A stretch of DNA of 64,000 nucleotides from a virus (taxonomy: Duplodnaviria; Caudoviricetes), in the IMG/VR virus record IMGVR_UViG_3300028630_000010, positions 2,733 to 66,732 of that record, one strand, 5' to 3'. Below are positions 1-8,433 of this stretch, one piece after another. The notes below the pieces were generated by a model, which had not been told where the DNA came from, ran no database searches, and worked only from the letters and a program-made list of their open reading frames with translations. Each line of letters opens with the position of its first letter. Within the stretch, counting starts at the first letter, position 1. A program made the translations under genes and the position numbers.

Positions 1-2
1 TG

Positions 3-758
3 CGTGAAACACTCGTATGGGAAAGGTTAGAAGATGGAGGCGTTACTACCGTACACCTCAAAAATCTGAATGACGGCGGGACCTACTGCCTCAACGGGCG
101 CCCGGCGGAGACCGAGGACGGAAAAGCGGCTATCGACGGCAAGAGATGCAAGATCCGGGCGCCGAGGTGGAAGGCCGACGACACAGAGGGCATGTTGGCA
201 TGGCTGGGGACTGAAAAATGCGTCGTCATGGCCGGTATCGACGCCGAGGGGTGTGTTTTTGCCGTGGCGAGGGTGGCGAACGGAACCGAGGATCAGCAAG
301 CCGAGGCGATAGGACGATGGTCGGAAGACGCCGGGCGGAGATTCCCGCGCGGGGCGGGCTGCGCCTCGCTGGTGGCCGGCTGCCTCCGGCCGACGGCGGA
401 AATCCACATCCAGACCATCCGCCACACGAATTGGAGGGCTCTGCCCCTCGAAACCGCATGCTTCGAGCGCTACCAGACGCCGGGCGACTACTCCAAACCG
501 GTCAAAATCGAGCGTAGAGGCACCGCCACGCTCTTGGAGAGGGCCCGGGCTTATGTGGACAGGGTGCCGCTTGCGGACGAAGGCACGCGCAATTCTAACC
601 TCTCTACGGCGGTCTTCAAGCTGGTGGAGCACTTCGGGAAGGAGGCGGCGGCGGAGGTTTTGCCCGAGTTGCTGGCCAGGTCAACCCTCCCCGAGAAGGA
701 AAAGCGCAAGACGGCGCTGCGGATTTTGCACAAACCACAAGGAGAACGGGCGACATGA
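3..758 (+). CDS. 5'-truncated primase-associated protein with a PriCT-1-like C-terminus
   Basis: The frame is open from position 3 to the TGA at 756-758 (the track starts it at 192). The C-terminus LERARAYVDRVPLADEGTRNSNLSTAVFKL fits the PriCT-1 'EGxRN' pattern. Confidence 0.5.
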   Translation, partial: RETLVWERLEDGGVTTVHLKNLNDGGTYCLNGRPAETEDGKAAIDGKRCKIRAPRWKADDTEGMLAWLGTEKCVVMAGIDAEGCVFAVARVANGTEDQQAEAIGRWSEDAGRRFPRGAGCASLVAGCLRPTAEIHIQTIRHTNWRALPLETACFERYQTPGDYSKPVKIERRGTATLLERARAYVDRVPLADEGTRNSNLSTAVFKLVEHFGKEAAAEVLPELLARSTLPEKEKRKTALRILHKPQGERAT

Positions 759-979
759 ACGAGAAGTGTACGAAAATGAACAAGTGGCGGGATGAAAACG
801 GCAACGTCTACACGGTGGAGCGGTCGGCGCGGAACAAGCGCTTTGTGGTGATCCGCACCAACCCAGGGGGCAACCGGAAGGCGGCGAAAGTCGTTCCCTC
901 GGTCGGGAGCGCCGCCCATGTGCAGAAGGCATTGGACGAGTACGCCAAGATGTGCGGCTGGGCGGAGGTGACCTTATGA
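755..979 (+). CDS. hypothetical protein (74 aa)
   Basis: ATGA overlap with the upstream stop; fits the operon tiling. Confidence 0.6.
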   Translation: MNEKCTKMNKWRDENGNVYTVERSARNKRFVVIRTNPGGNRKAAKVVPSVGSAAHVQKALDEYAKMCGWAEVTL

Positions 980-1083
980 CCCCGAAAGAGCGCGAGTTCT
1001 GCGAGAAGGTTGTGGTTGTGATTGTCATGGTGTTGGGACTCCTCGCCATCGGCTCCGCCGTGTGCGGGACGCTGGCGCGGTAG
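976..1083 (+). CDS. small single-TM protein (35 aa, not in the ORF track)
   Basis: ATGA overlap with the 755-979 stop; MTPKEREFCEKVVVVIVMVLGLLAIGSAVCGTLAR has one hydrophobic helix. Confidence 0.55.
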   Translation: MTPKEREFCEKVVVVIVMVLGLLAIGSAVCGTLAR

Positions 1084-1119
1084 CCCGTCGCCTCTAAAGC
1101 TTGGTTATCCGGTGATTTT

Positions 1120-1428
1120 ATGGAAGCACCCACACAAGAGATCAGCCCCGAAGAGCGGGCGAGACGCCAGAAACGCAACCGAAGGCGCAAGCTGGATAGG
1201 CAGAAAGCGGCCGAAGGGCGGGCTCTACCTCCCGTGATCGGGCTGGGGCGGCGGGAATACCTCGCCATGTTCGGGGCGGATGCCGACTATGACGCCTATG
1301 CCGACGCCTTCATCGCCGGGGCGAAGAAGGCCCGGCGGCGTTGGGAGTTTCCGCTTGAGCCGTTGGCTGGCGCATGCTTCCCCAGCCTGAAAAGACACAG
1401 AAAAGGGATGCCGATTGAGCGGGGCTGA
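1120..1428 (+). CDS. hypothetical basic protein (102 aa)
   Basis: Fills the gap on the operon strand; its stop codon is the start of the 39-bp repeated motif. Confidence 0.55.
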   Translation: MEAPTQEISPEERARRQKRNRRRKLDRQKAAEGRALPPVIGLGRREYLAMFGADADYDAYADAFIAGAKKARRRWEFPLEPLAGACFPSLKRHRKGMPIERG

Positions 1429-1464
1429 GAAAGAAGTGCGGTTTTTTATGGCAGTATATAGGAG
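1426..1464 (+). promoter_or_regulatory. 39-bp repeated intergenic element, copy 1
   Basis: TGAGAAAGAAGTGCGGTTTTTTATGGCAGTATATAGGAG, also at 7596-7634 and 15029-15067 with 1 mismatch each. Confidence 0.75.
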
Positions 1465-1473
1465 CCTCGATAG

Positions 1474-2889
1474 ATGACCCTCGATAAACTACAGACCCGA
1501 TTCGTTGACGAAGTGTTGCATGGCGCGACTCATGTGGTTCTCACAGGCCGTGCCGGAACGGGCAAGAGCACAGCGCTGGTCGCGGCCGTCCGGGCCGCGC
1601 AGGCGGCGCAGATGGACGTGCTTGTCATGGCCCCGACGGCGATGGCCGCGTCCATCCACCGGGACGCCGGGCTGGAGTCGGGCACGATCCACCACGCTTT
1701 GAGATGGAACCCCGCCAAGGAACCGCTTCCGCGCAAGCTGCTTTCGGTGTGCGGAACGCATACGGACTGGGCGGCGACTCCCGATCAGGACCGGTTGCTG
1801 GTGGTCGACGAGGCTTCGATGGTCGGGCTCTGGTTGTTTGAGATCCTCGCCCGCGACCTCGGCGACCCTGAGCGGCCCTTCGACGGGCGGCGGTTGGTCG
1901 TGGTCGGGGACTGGGCGCAGCTTCCCCCCGTGGTCGGTCCCGACGAGCAGAACATGGCGACGCCCGAGCTGAAGCGTTTCGGCCCTCCGGACGGCTGCAT
2001 CTTTTTTCATCCCCTGTTCTGCCGCCGTCCCCCCGTCTCGATTATCTTGGAGGAGACCCACCGCGCCAACGGGGCGTGGTTCGAGAGCCTGAACCTGCTG
2101 CGGGAGTGCTCGCGCCCCAGCAACCTCTTGACGTTCGGCATCGCGCCCCCTCAGCACACCCAACACGACGAGGATGCGGTACACATGTGCTTCCGGCGGG
2201 TCACGGCGCACAATCGCAATGCGGAATGTCTCGCCCGGCTGCCGGGGCGCCCCCATTTCCTGCCGTTGCGCGACGGCAAGGCGGAGTTGAAAGAGGGGTG
2301 CGACGTGATCGTCACCAGCAACCGCGCCGGGGGCGGCTACATCAACGGTTCCCGGGCGACCTTTTCCGGAGTGAACGAGAAGGGCGAGGTGATTCTGGAC
2401 GACGGCAACGCCCTGAAGATGCTCGCCGATGGAAACTGGGGGGACTCGGCTATTTCATCGAAACACGATGTCGATCCTGATGCCGCCGAATACGGGCGAA
2501 ACAAAGCCATACGCCTGTTCAGGCAATATGGCGATAACCTCGAACCCGATGGAAAGAAGTGGCTTCAGGACATCATGCGGATCGATAACGCGGCGGGGGC
2601 GGCTCGGTTCGGCTCCGGGCGCATTCAGTTTATGCCCTACTGGCCGGTTCTGCCCGGCTACGCCCTCACCGTCCACAAGGCCCAAGGCATGACGCTGTCC
2701 GGCGTGATTGTCGAGGAGGACGTATTTTGGTCCATCGCGCCGGCCCGTCTTCCCTATGTCGCTTTATCTCGTGTGAGCAACGAGGGGGATGTGTCATTGA
2801 ACGGGTTTTCGGCAAGCAGCGCCCGAGTAAGACCAGACCCCGCATACCCCGCGATTTTCAATAGAATCTTGGCATGGAGTAAGTCATGA
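1474..2889 (+). CDS. SF1B helicase (Dda/Pif1/RecD-like)
   Basis: Motifs GRAGTGKS, VVDEASMV, GDWAQLPPV and YALTVHKAQG. Confidence 0.9.
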   Translation: MTLDKLQTRFVDEVLHGATHVVLTGRAGTGKSTALVAAVRAAQAAQMDVLVMAPTAMAASIHRDAGLESGTIHHALRWNPAKEPLPRKLLSVCGTHTDWAATPDQDRLLVVDEASMVGLWLFEILARDLGDPERPFDGRRLVVVGDWAQLPPVVGPDEQNMATPELKRFGPPDGCIFFHPLFCRRPPVSIILEETHRANGAWFESLNLLRECSRPSNLLTFGIAPPQHTQHDEDAVHMCFRRVTAHNRNAECLARLPGRPHFLPLRDGKAELKEGCDVIVTSNRAGGGYINGSRATFSGVNEKGEVILDDGNALKMLADGNWGDSAISSKHDVDPDAAEYGRNKAIRLFRQYGDNLEPDGKKWLQDIMRIDNAAGAARFGSGRIQFMPYWPVLPGYALTVHKAQGMTLSGVIVEEDVFWSIAPARLPYVALSRVSNEGDVSLNGFSASSARVRPDPAYPAIFNRILAWSKS

Positions 2890-3791
2890 CTATCGCCGAG
2901 GTGATGAACATCGGCCTTCAATTTAAGGTTCGCGGTAGCGCCCGTAACCTTCACCCCACATCAATGCCTCTTTGGTCGCTCATCAAAGGCATCCAAGAGA
3001 GCAAGGCGCTTGCCGATCTGACCGCGAAGGGGCGTGCCATCACCGACAAGAAGGAATTCAGAGCGTGGAAGCCCCGTAATCTGATGTCGGTCTACCTCGC
3101 CGTGAAGTTTCGGGAGGCGGAGGGGCGGGCCGACGAGGCGAACGTGTGCGGCTACACCGGCCTGGCCGGGTTCGACTTCGACGACGTGGACGCCGGGGCC
3201 GTGCTGGAGAAGCTGCGCGAGATCCCGCAGGTGGTGTGCGCCGGGGTGTCCGCATCGGGCAAAGGTGTCTGGTGCGCGGCGCGGGTGGCGTGCGGCACGG
3301 CGCGGGAGTATATGGCCTGCTTCGCCGACGGTGTGGCGGCGTTCGAGGCGGCGGGGCTGCCGGGGCTGGACAAGGGAGCGCATGATCCCACAAGGGCGCG
3401 TTTTGTGGCATCCAGCCCCGAATGCTGGTGGCGGTGGGATGCTATGGGGGATATTCCCGCCTTCCAGCCTGTCGGAAATATCTCGGTGTTGAGCGGCGCC
3501 AAGAAGAAAGAATCGAGAGGCAAGACCAAGCTGCCCGCCGGTTACAAGATCTCCCCCGAGCTGGCCTTCGATGAGGTGCGTCAGGAGCTTTCGAGGGCAG
3601 CGACCACGGCGGACGGGGACAGGAACACGGAGAAGGCCCGCCAATGTGGTCGGCTCAAGGCCATAGCCAAGAAGGCGGGAGTTAACCCCGCCGCGTATGT
3701 TCAGGCGTTTGTTGACACATGGGACGAAGTGGGAAGTACCCACAAGAAGACGGTTTCAATGGCCAATCGGCTGTTGATGGGTAAGGACTAA
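2886..3791 (+). CDS. BT4734/VirE-N-like primase-family protein with a PriCT-like tail
   Basis: YTGLAGFDFDDV...VSASGKGVW...DPTRARFVAS matches the VirE-N/BT4734 pattern; C-terminal DGDRNTE. Confidence 0.75.
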   Translation: MTIAEVMNIGLQFKVRGSARNLHPTSMPLWSLIKGIQESKALADLTAKGRAITDKKEFRAWKPRNLMSVYLAVKFREAEGRADEANVCGYTGLAGFDFDDVDAGAVLEKLREIPQVVCAGVSASGKGVWCAARVACGTAREYMACFADGVAAFEAAGLPGLDKGAHDPTRARFVASSPECWWRWDAMGDIPAFQPVGNISVLSGAKKKESRGKTKLPAGYKISPELAFDEVRQELSRAATTADGDRNTEKARQCGRLKAIAKKAGVNPAAYVQAFVDTWDEVGSTHKKTVSMANRLLMGKD

Positions 3792-3808
3792 AACAAAGGA
3801 ATCAAAGA

Positions 3809-4024
3809 ATGCGCATCATCATCAAGGTGAAAGAAATCGGCGGGAAGATCGGCATCGAGGCGAAGCTGGACACAGGCCGCCGGGACACGGCGCGGGAACG
3901 CGCGGCGGGCGAGGCCCTGTTTCATCACCTCGGGGATCATTTCGCCGCCATGGAGCAGACGGCGACAAAGCCCTCCCGCTGGGCACGGGTCAAGGCGTTC
4001 TTCGGGGGGAAGCGGGCGAAGTGA
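3809..4024 (+). CDS. hypothetical protein (71 aa)
   Basis: RBS-like AAGGA upstream; tiles the operon. Confidence 0.6.
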   Translation: MRIIIKVKEIGGKIGIEAKLDTGRRDTARERAAGEALFHHLGDHFAAMEQTATKPSRWARVKAFFGGKRAK

Positions 4025-4254
4025 AAGACAAACCCACCCCCCCCTTCACCATCTGGAACGAGGCGGTCGATATGACCGGCTACGGACGCAGGGCCTCGGC
4101 TTCGGACGGGGCGCGCGCCCTCAAGAAGCTGCGGGGGGAGTTGGGGGCGAAGTTCGACTCCGCTTTCCGGCTGCGGATGCTGACTGCGAGGGCGGAAACG
4201 TTGGAGCAGCTGCTTGAAGAGTGGGCGCAGGAGCGCGTGAGATTGGGGGTATAA
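4021..4254 (+). CDS. hypothetical protein (77 aa)
   Basis: GTGA overlap with the upstream stop. Confidence 0.55.
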   Translation: MKDKPTPPFTIWNEAVDMTGYGRRASASDGARALKKLRGELGAKFDSAFRLRMLTARAETLEQLLEEWAQERVRLGV

Positions 4255-4260
4255 GGGGCT

Positions 4261-5802
4261 ATGAGCGAGCGTGGATTAGAGTTCGAGCAGGCGCTGATCG
4301 GCTGGCTGGCCCACTCGCCCAAGGGGCGGGGTGAGTTTTCATCCTTCTTCATGCCGGGGGTGCTGGAGCACGCTGGCGTCGACCGCTACGTGGAGCTGCT
4401 GCTGAAGCACGGCCCCGGCAGCGCGGGCGCTCGGCTCAAGGACATGCTGCACACGGGCAGCATTGAGCCCCAGGATGTGGAGACGGCGATCCGCTGGGCG
4501 GCCGGCGCCCCGGCGGTCGACGACGCCTACATGCTGGAGACTGCGCGGGTGTATCTGCGCCACCGTTGCCACGCCGTCCATGCCGCGCAGGTGGCTCTGG
4601 CGGCGGACGTGTGGGACGACGGGCTGCTGAAAGCCGCCGACGCGGAGCTGCGGGGCAGGCTGGCGGCGCTGTCGCAGGAGAGGGGCGAGAGCAACGGCTT
4701 TACCCCGGCGGGGCTGGAGCGGGCCTTCTCTCCCGAAAAGCAGGAGGATCTTTTCAGGATACCGGGATATGCGGGAAGGATATTCCGAGGGCGGGCAGAG
4801 CGCGGGGGTCTAATCGCGTTTCAGGCGCAGCCCAAGGTCGGCAAGTCCGCCACCCTCGCCCGGATGGACACGGCAGCGATGCGCTACGGCCGCAATGTCC
4901 TGCATGTGTCGGTCGGCGACGAAGACCAATATGACACGGCGGCGCGGATCGTCTCCTGCGAGTTCCAGCGCAACGGCCAGCCCTATGAGGAGGGGCGCAA
5001 TTACAGGGGCGTGCCCTGTTGCGCCAAGGCCCTGTGCGGCTGCGACAACAAGGCGTATGAGGAGGGCGGTTACGGTCCACTCAACCCCCCTGTGGCAGCG
5101 CAATACCTCGAAGAGACGGAAGTGACGGCGATTCTACAGGCGTTCCCCTCTTTCCGTCCCTGCACGCTCTGCAAGGGAACGCCTGAATATGTGCCCGGCA
5201 TCTGGTGGGAGACGGCGAACGACGCGCCGATCACTCCCGAGGAGGCCCGCGAAATGCACGGGAAGATAGTCGCCTGCGGAGAGTACGGGCGCATCGAGAC
5301 CGAGTTTTTCAAAGCGCGGGGCATCACAGTCTCCGGCTTGGCGGCGATGATCGACCAGCGGGCCGATGGCGGCTATCCCGTGGACGTGCTAACAGTGGAC
5401 TATGCGGATATGCTCGGCATTGATTTGAAGGGCAAGGGCGCGAAATGGGAGGGGCTGCAAGCGATGTGGGAGGAGCTGCGCGGCTTGGCTGCGGAGAAGA
5501 ACATTCTTGTGCTGACCGCTACCCAGGGCAACCGCAGCGGCGGAGACATGACCACCCAGAACAGTACCAGTGTGGCCGGCACCCGCGCCAGCATCGACAA
5601 CTGCACGTTGGTTGTGGCGTTGAACCAGACCCCGGCGGAGCGGGCGCACCATCTCATGCGTTTATCTGTGGTAGCGGCAAGAAAAGGGGCGTTCGCACCG
5701 GAACATCAAGCCTGCTGCATTTCAAGGATGGACATTCAAGATCCGTTTTTCGACTCATGGCATAAGTGGGTGAAGGCGGACAAACGGAGGGAAGACAAGT
5801 GA
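4261..5802 (+). CDS. dnaB: DnaB-like (SF4) replicative helicase
   Basis: Walker A AQPKVGKS, Walker B region VDYADML and SF4 motif TATQGNR. Confidence 0.85.
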   Translation: MSERGLEFEQALIGWLAHSPKGRGEFSSFFMPGVLEHAGVDRYVELLLKHGPGSAGARLKDMLHTGSIEPQDVETAIRWAAGAPAVDDAYMLETARVYLRHRCHAVHAAQVALAADVWDDGLLKAADAELRGRLAALSQERGESNGFTPAGLERAFSPEKQEDLFRIPGYAGRIFRGRAERGGLIAFQAQPKVGKSATLARMDTAAMRYGRNVLHVSVGDEDQYDTAARIVSCEFQRNGQPYEEGRNYRGVPCCAKALCGCDNKAYEEGGYGPLNPPVAAQYLEETEVTAILQAFPSFRPCTLCKGTPEYVPGIWWETANDAPITPEEAREMHGKIVACGEYGRIETEFFKARGITVSGLAAMIDQRADGGYPVDVLTVDYADMLGIDLKGKGAKWEGLQAMWEELRGLAAEKNILVLTATQGNRSGGDMTTQNSTSVAGTRASIDNCTLVVALNQTPAERAHHLMRLSVVAARKGAFAPEHQACCISRMDIQDPFFDSWHKWVKADKRREDK

Positions 5803-7598
5803 AATATCCCATCCAGACCGACACCTCATCCCTCAAGCGCAACCCTAATTATCGCCCGGTCTTCTTCGATTTTGAGGTCTTGCGTCACGAGACGATGCTG
5901 ACCCTTTACGACGTGTGGATGGACAGGTGGATCACCGCGCGGACGCCCGAAAAATGCGGAGCCTTGCTGCGGGGCTATCTGATCGACCCGCGCACCGTGT
6001 TTGTGGGGTTCAACAACGTCAATTATGACAACCTGATCGCCACGGCCTGCATCGACAACTGGCCGCAGGAAGATGTTTACGCCCTTAACTACGCGATCAT
6101 GCACGGGGTTTATGAGCCGATACATGGAGAGTCGTATGCCGACTTTCAGGACTTGCGGTTCCGGCTGCCCGGCGTCTGGACGTTCGCCCGCCGCGCATGG
6201 GACGCGGGGCGCGACCTCCCCCCTGCTCCCAAGATGTCGGAGCAGGGGGTGAAGATACCGCCGATGTCGCTGAAGAAGTGGGAGAAGTTCAACGGGCTGA
6301 AGGTGGTCAAGTCCCCCATCCCATTCACTCATCCCCTTCCGCTCACCGCCGATGAAGCGGCACGGCTCGCCGAGTATAACAAGTATGATGTGGCGGCGAC
6401 AGTCCGCATGGCGTGCCAGTCGCTCATCGGCGAGTGGGAGACGCGCTGCGGCTTCGCGGAGATGCTGGGGGAGAAGAAATTCGGCTGGCACAAGACCTTC
6501 ACGAAGCTGGCGGCGGAGCTGTTCGTCACCAATCCCGACAAGAAGGTGGATGGCGCCGACACCTCTTGGGGGCAGACGGTGACGCAGATTCCCAAGTGCC
6601 TGCGCGTCGAGAAGAACCTGAGCGTCTTATCCTACATGTCGCGCCCGCTGTTCGAGCTGGAGCAGGTGGCCCTGTCCACGCAGATTAATGGCCTCCCCCA
6701 CACCTTCCAGATCGGCGGGGCCCATTCGGTGAACGAGCGGGCGGTGTTCAAGGGAGACATCTGGGATATTGACGTAGGGGGCATGTACCCCTCGATCATG
6801 GCTCTCTTTAACCTTTGCTCCCGTACGATGGATGCTAAGAAGTACAACGAGGTGCGCCTGGCGCGTATGGCCATGTCCAAGAGCGACTGGCGCCGGAACG
6901 TCTACAAAAAGGCACTCAACTCCACATACGGGGGGATGCTCGACCCGTTCAGCACCCTGTTCGACCCGGCAAAGGGCCGACAGGTGTGCGTGCTGGGGCA
7001 GCTTTTCATCGTGGACTTGCTGGAGAAGCTGGAGCCTTACACGCAACTCATCCAGACCAACACCGATGGCGTGTACGTCATGCCGACCTCACCCGAAAAC
7101 GCCGTGCATGCCAAGGCCGAGGTCGAGGCGTTCGAGCGGCGCACGGGACTGGTCATGGAGATCGACCACTATGTCGCCATGTACCAGCGTGATGTGAATA
7201 ACTACATCGCAGTGCGGGCGGACGGGGCGGAGAAAATCAAGGGCAGCGCTTTCCATTCCACCAACCACCTGAAGCCGAGCGTGGGGCAAATGATGAACCG
7301 CTGCGAGATCATGGGCATTCCCTTCGACCCCGATCAGTATACCCTGGAGGAGCTGTCCATAGTCTGCACCCGCGACAAGAACAGCCGGGGATTCGTGATC
7401 GACGGGGTGGAAACCGATGCCGAGACCATCGACGTGCTGCCGGTCTACCCCTTGCAGGCGCAAAGTATTTCCACAGTGAAGAAGAACGGGGGATTCTGCA
7501 AGGCGAGATTATGTCCCGATTATGCGGCCCTTGCCTCTTCTGTCAGCCGCGCCGACATTGATTTTGGATATTTCCAAAGAAAAATCGCTGCGGAGTGA
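5799..7598 (+). CDS. polB: family B DNA polymerase
   Basis: Exonuclease motifs FFDFEV and GFNNVNYD; polymerase motifs DIDVGGMYPS, KKALNSTYG and TNTDG. Probable GTG start at 5799 overlaps the dnaB stop. Confidence 0.9.
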   Translation: MKYPIQTDTSSLKRNPNYRPVFFDFEVLRHETMLTLYDVWMDRWITARTPEKCGALLRGYLIDPRTVFVGFNNVNYDNLIATACIDNWPQEDVYALNYAIMHGVYEPIHGESYADFQDLRFRLPGVWTFARRAWDAGRDLPPAPKMSEQGVKIPPMSLKKWEKFNGLKVVKSPIPFTHPLPLTADEAARLAEYNKYDVAATVRMACQSLIGEWETRCGFAEMLGEKKFGWHKTFTKLAAELFVTNPDKKVDGADTSWGQTVTQIPKCLRVEKNLSVLSYMSRPLFELEQVALSTQINGLPHTFQIGGAHSVNERAVFKGDIWDIDVGGMYPSIMALFNLCSRTMDAKKYNEVRLARMAMSKSDWRRNVYKKALNSTYGGMLDPFSTLFDPAKGRQVCVLGQLFIVDLLEKLEPYTQLIQTNTDGVYVMPTSPENAVHAKAEVEAFERRTGLVMEIDHYVAMYQRDVNNYIAVRADGAEKIKGSAFHSTNHLKPSVGQMMNRCEIMGIPFDPDQYTLEELSIVCTRDKNSRGFVIDGVETDAETIDVLPVYPLQAQSISTVKKNGGFCKARLCPDYAALASSVSRADIDFGYFQRKIAAE

Positions 7599-7634
7599 GA
7601 AAGAAGTGCGGTTTTTTGTGGCAGTATATAGGAG
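7596..7634 (+). promoter_or_regulatory. 39-bp repeated intergenic element, copy 2
   Basis: One mismatch to copy 1; begins at the polB TGA. Confidence 0.75.
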
Positions 7635-7691
7635 GGGTGTGTGTTTGCCCCCGTTGAGACAAAGGAGAAACGAGGAGAAACGAGGAGACCG

Positions 7692-8015
7692 ATGATGAAT
7701 GAGGAACTGAAAGCTGCCCTGACAAGCCAGGGCATGAAAGTGCGCGAGGCGGTGCTGCGTGCGGAGACAGCGAAGAGCGCCCTTGAGACGTTCGACGCCA
7801 ACAACCGCATCTCCATCAAGGCGGACGGGGTGAAGCGCACCGAGTCGGACACCGATGCCGCCGTGATGGTGGCGGCAGGGCGTTCCCCGCTCGTGGTTGC
7901 GGCGGGCACGGCCAAGGCCGATCTCGAAGGCGTCAAGACGGATACCCAATGCCTGCTGGCGCATGTGTCGCTGGTGTGCTCGGAAACGGCGGCGATGAGC
8001 CGCATCAGTCAGTAA
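7692..8015 (+). CDS. hypothetical helical protein, possible UvsY-like recombination mediator
   Basis: RBS GAGGAG before ATG 7692; about 107 aa and helical with KRTESDTDAAV. The UvsY call rests on context only. Confidence 0.4.
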   Translation: MMNEELKAALTSQGMKVREAVLRAETAKSALETFDANNRISIKADGVKRTESDTDAAVMVAAGRSPLVVAAGTAKADLEGVKTDTQCLLAHVSLVCSETAAMSRISQ

Positions 8016-8042
8016 CGAAAACAAGAACAAAGGAGAAAGATT

Positions 8043-8303
8043 ATGGCTATCTTGAAGAAACCCGAACCGAAGAAACGTGCATGTCAGTGCCCGCCCCCTG
8101 TCACGGGGGGGATATCGGGACTTATGGGTGCGGCCCGCACATTGGCGCCGACCTCTGAAGAGAGCGCGATGCGCCGCGAGATGAGCAAGATTCAACTCGC
8201 CACGATGAAGGCGGATCTGCGTAAGCATGTTGCCGATGCCGACATGGCGGAGACGCTGGCGAAGCGGGAGGCGTTTTTGCTTCATCGGATGGCGAAGCGG
8301 TAA
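8043..8303 (+). CDS. hypothetical protein (86 aa)
   Basis: RBS AAGGAG upstream. Confidence 0.6.
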   Translation: MAILKKPEPKKRACQCPPPVTGGISGLMGAARTLAPTSEESAMRREMSKIQLATMKADLRKHVADADMAETLAKREAFLLHRMAKR

Positions 8304-8387
8304 CAGAAATTTTTCCGCCCCGCGGCCGGGTCGCACGCAGCCTACCCGGCGTGAAAATCGCGTGTCGCACCCGGCCCCGGGCGGTCT

Positions 8388-8417
8388 AACCAAACGGTAA
8401 ACCAAACGGTAAACCAA
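8388..8417 (+). repeat. 12-bp tandem repeat (AACCAAACGGTA x2.5)
   Basis: Read directly; lies just upstream of the RBS of the SSB-like gene. Confidence 0.85.
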
Positions 8418-8433
8418 GAAACGAGGAACACAG

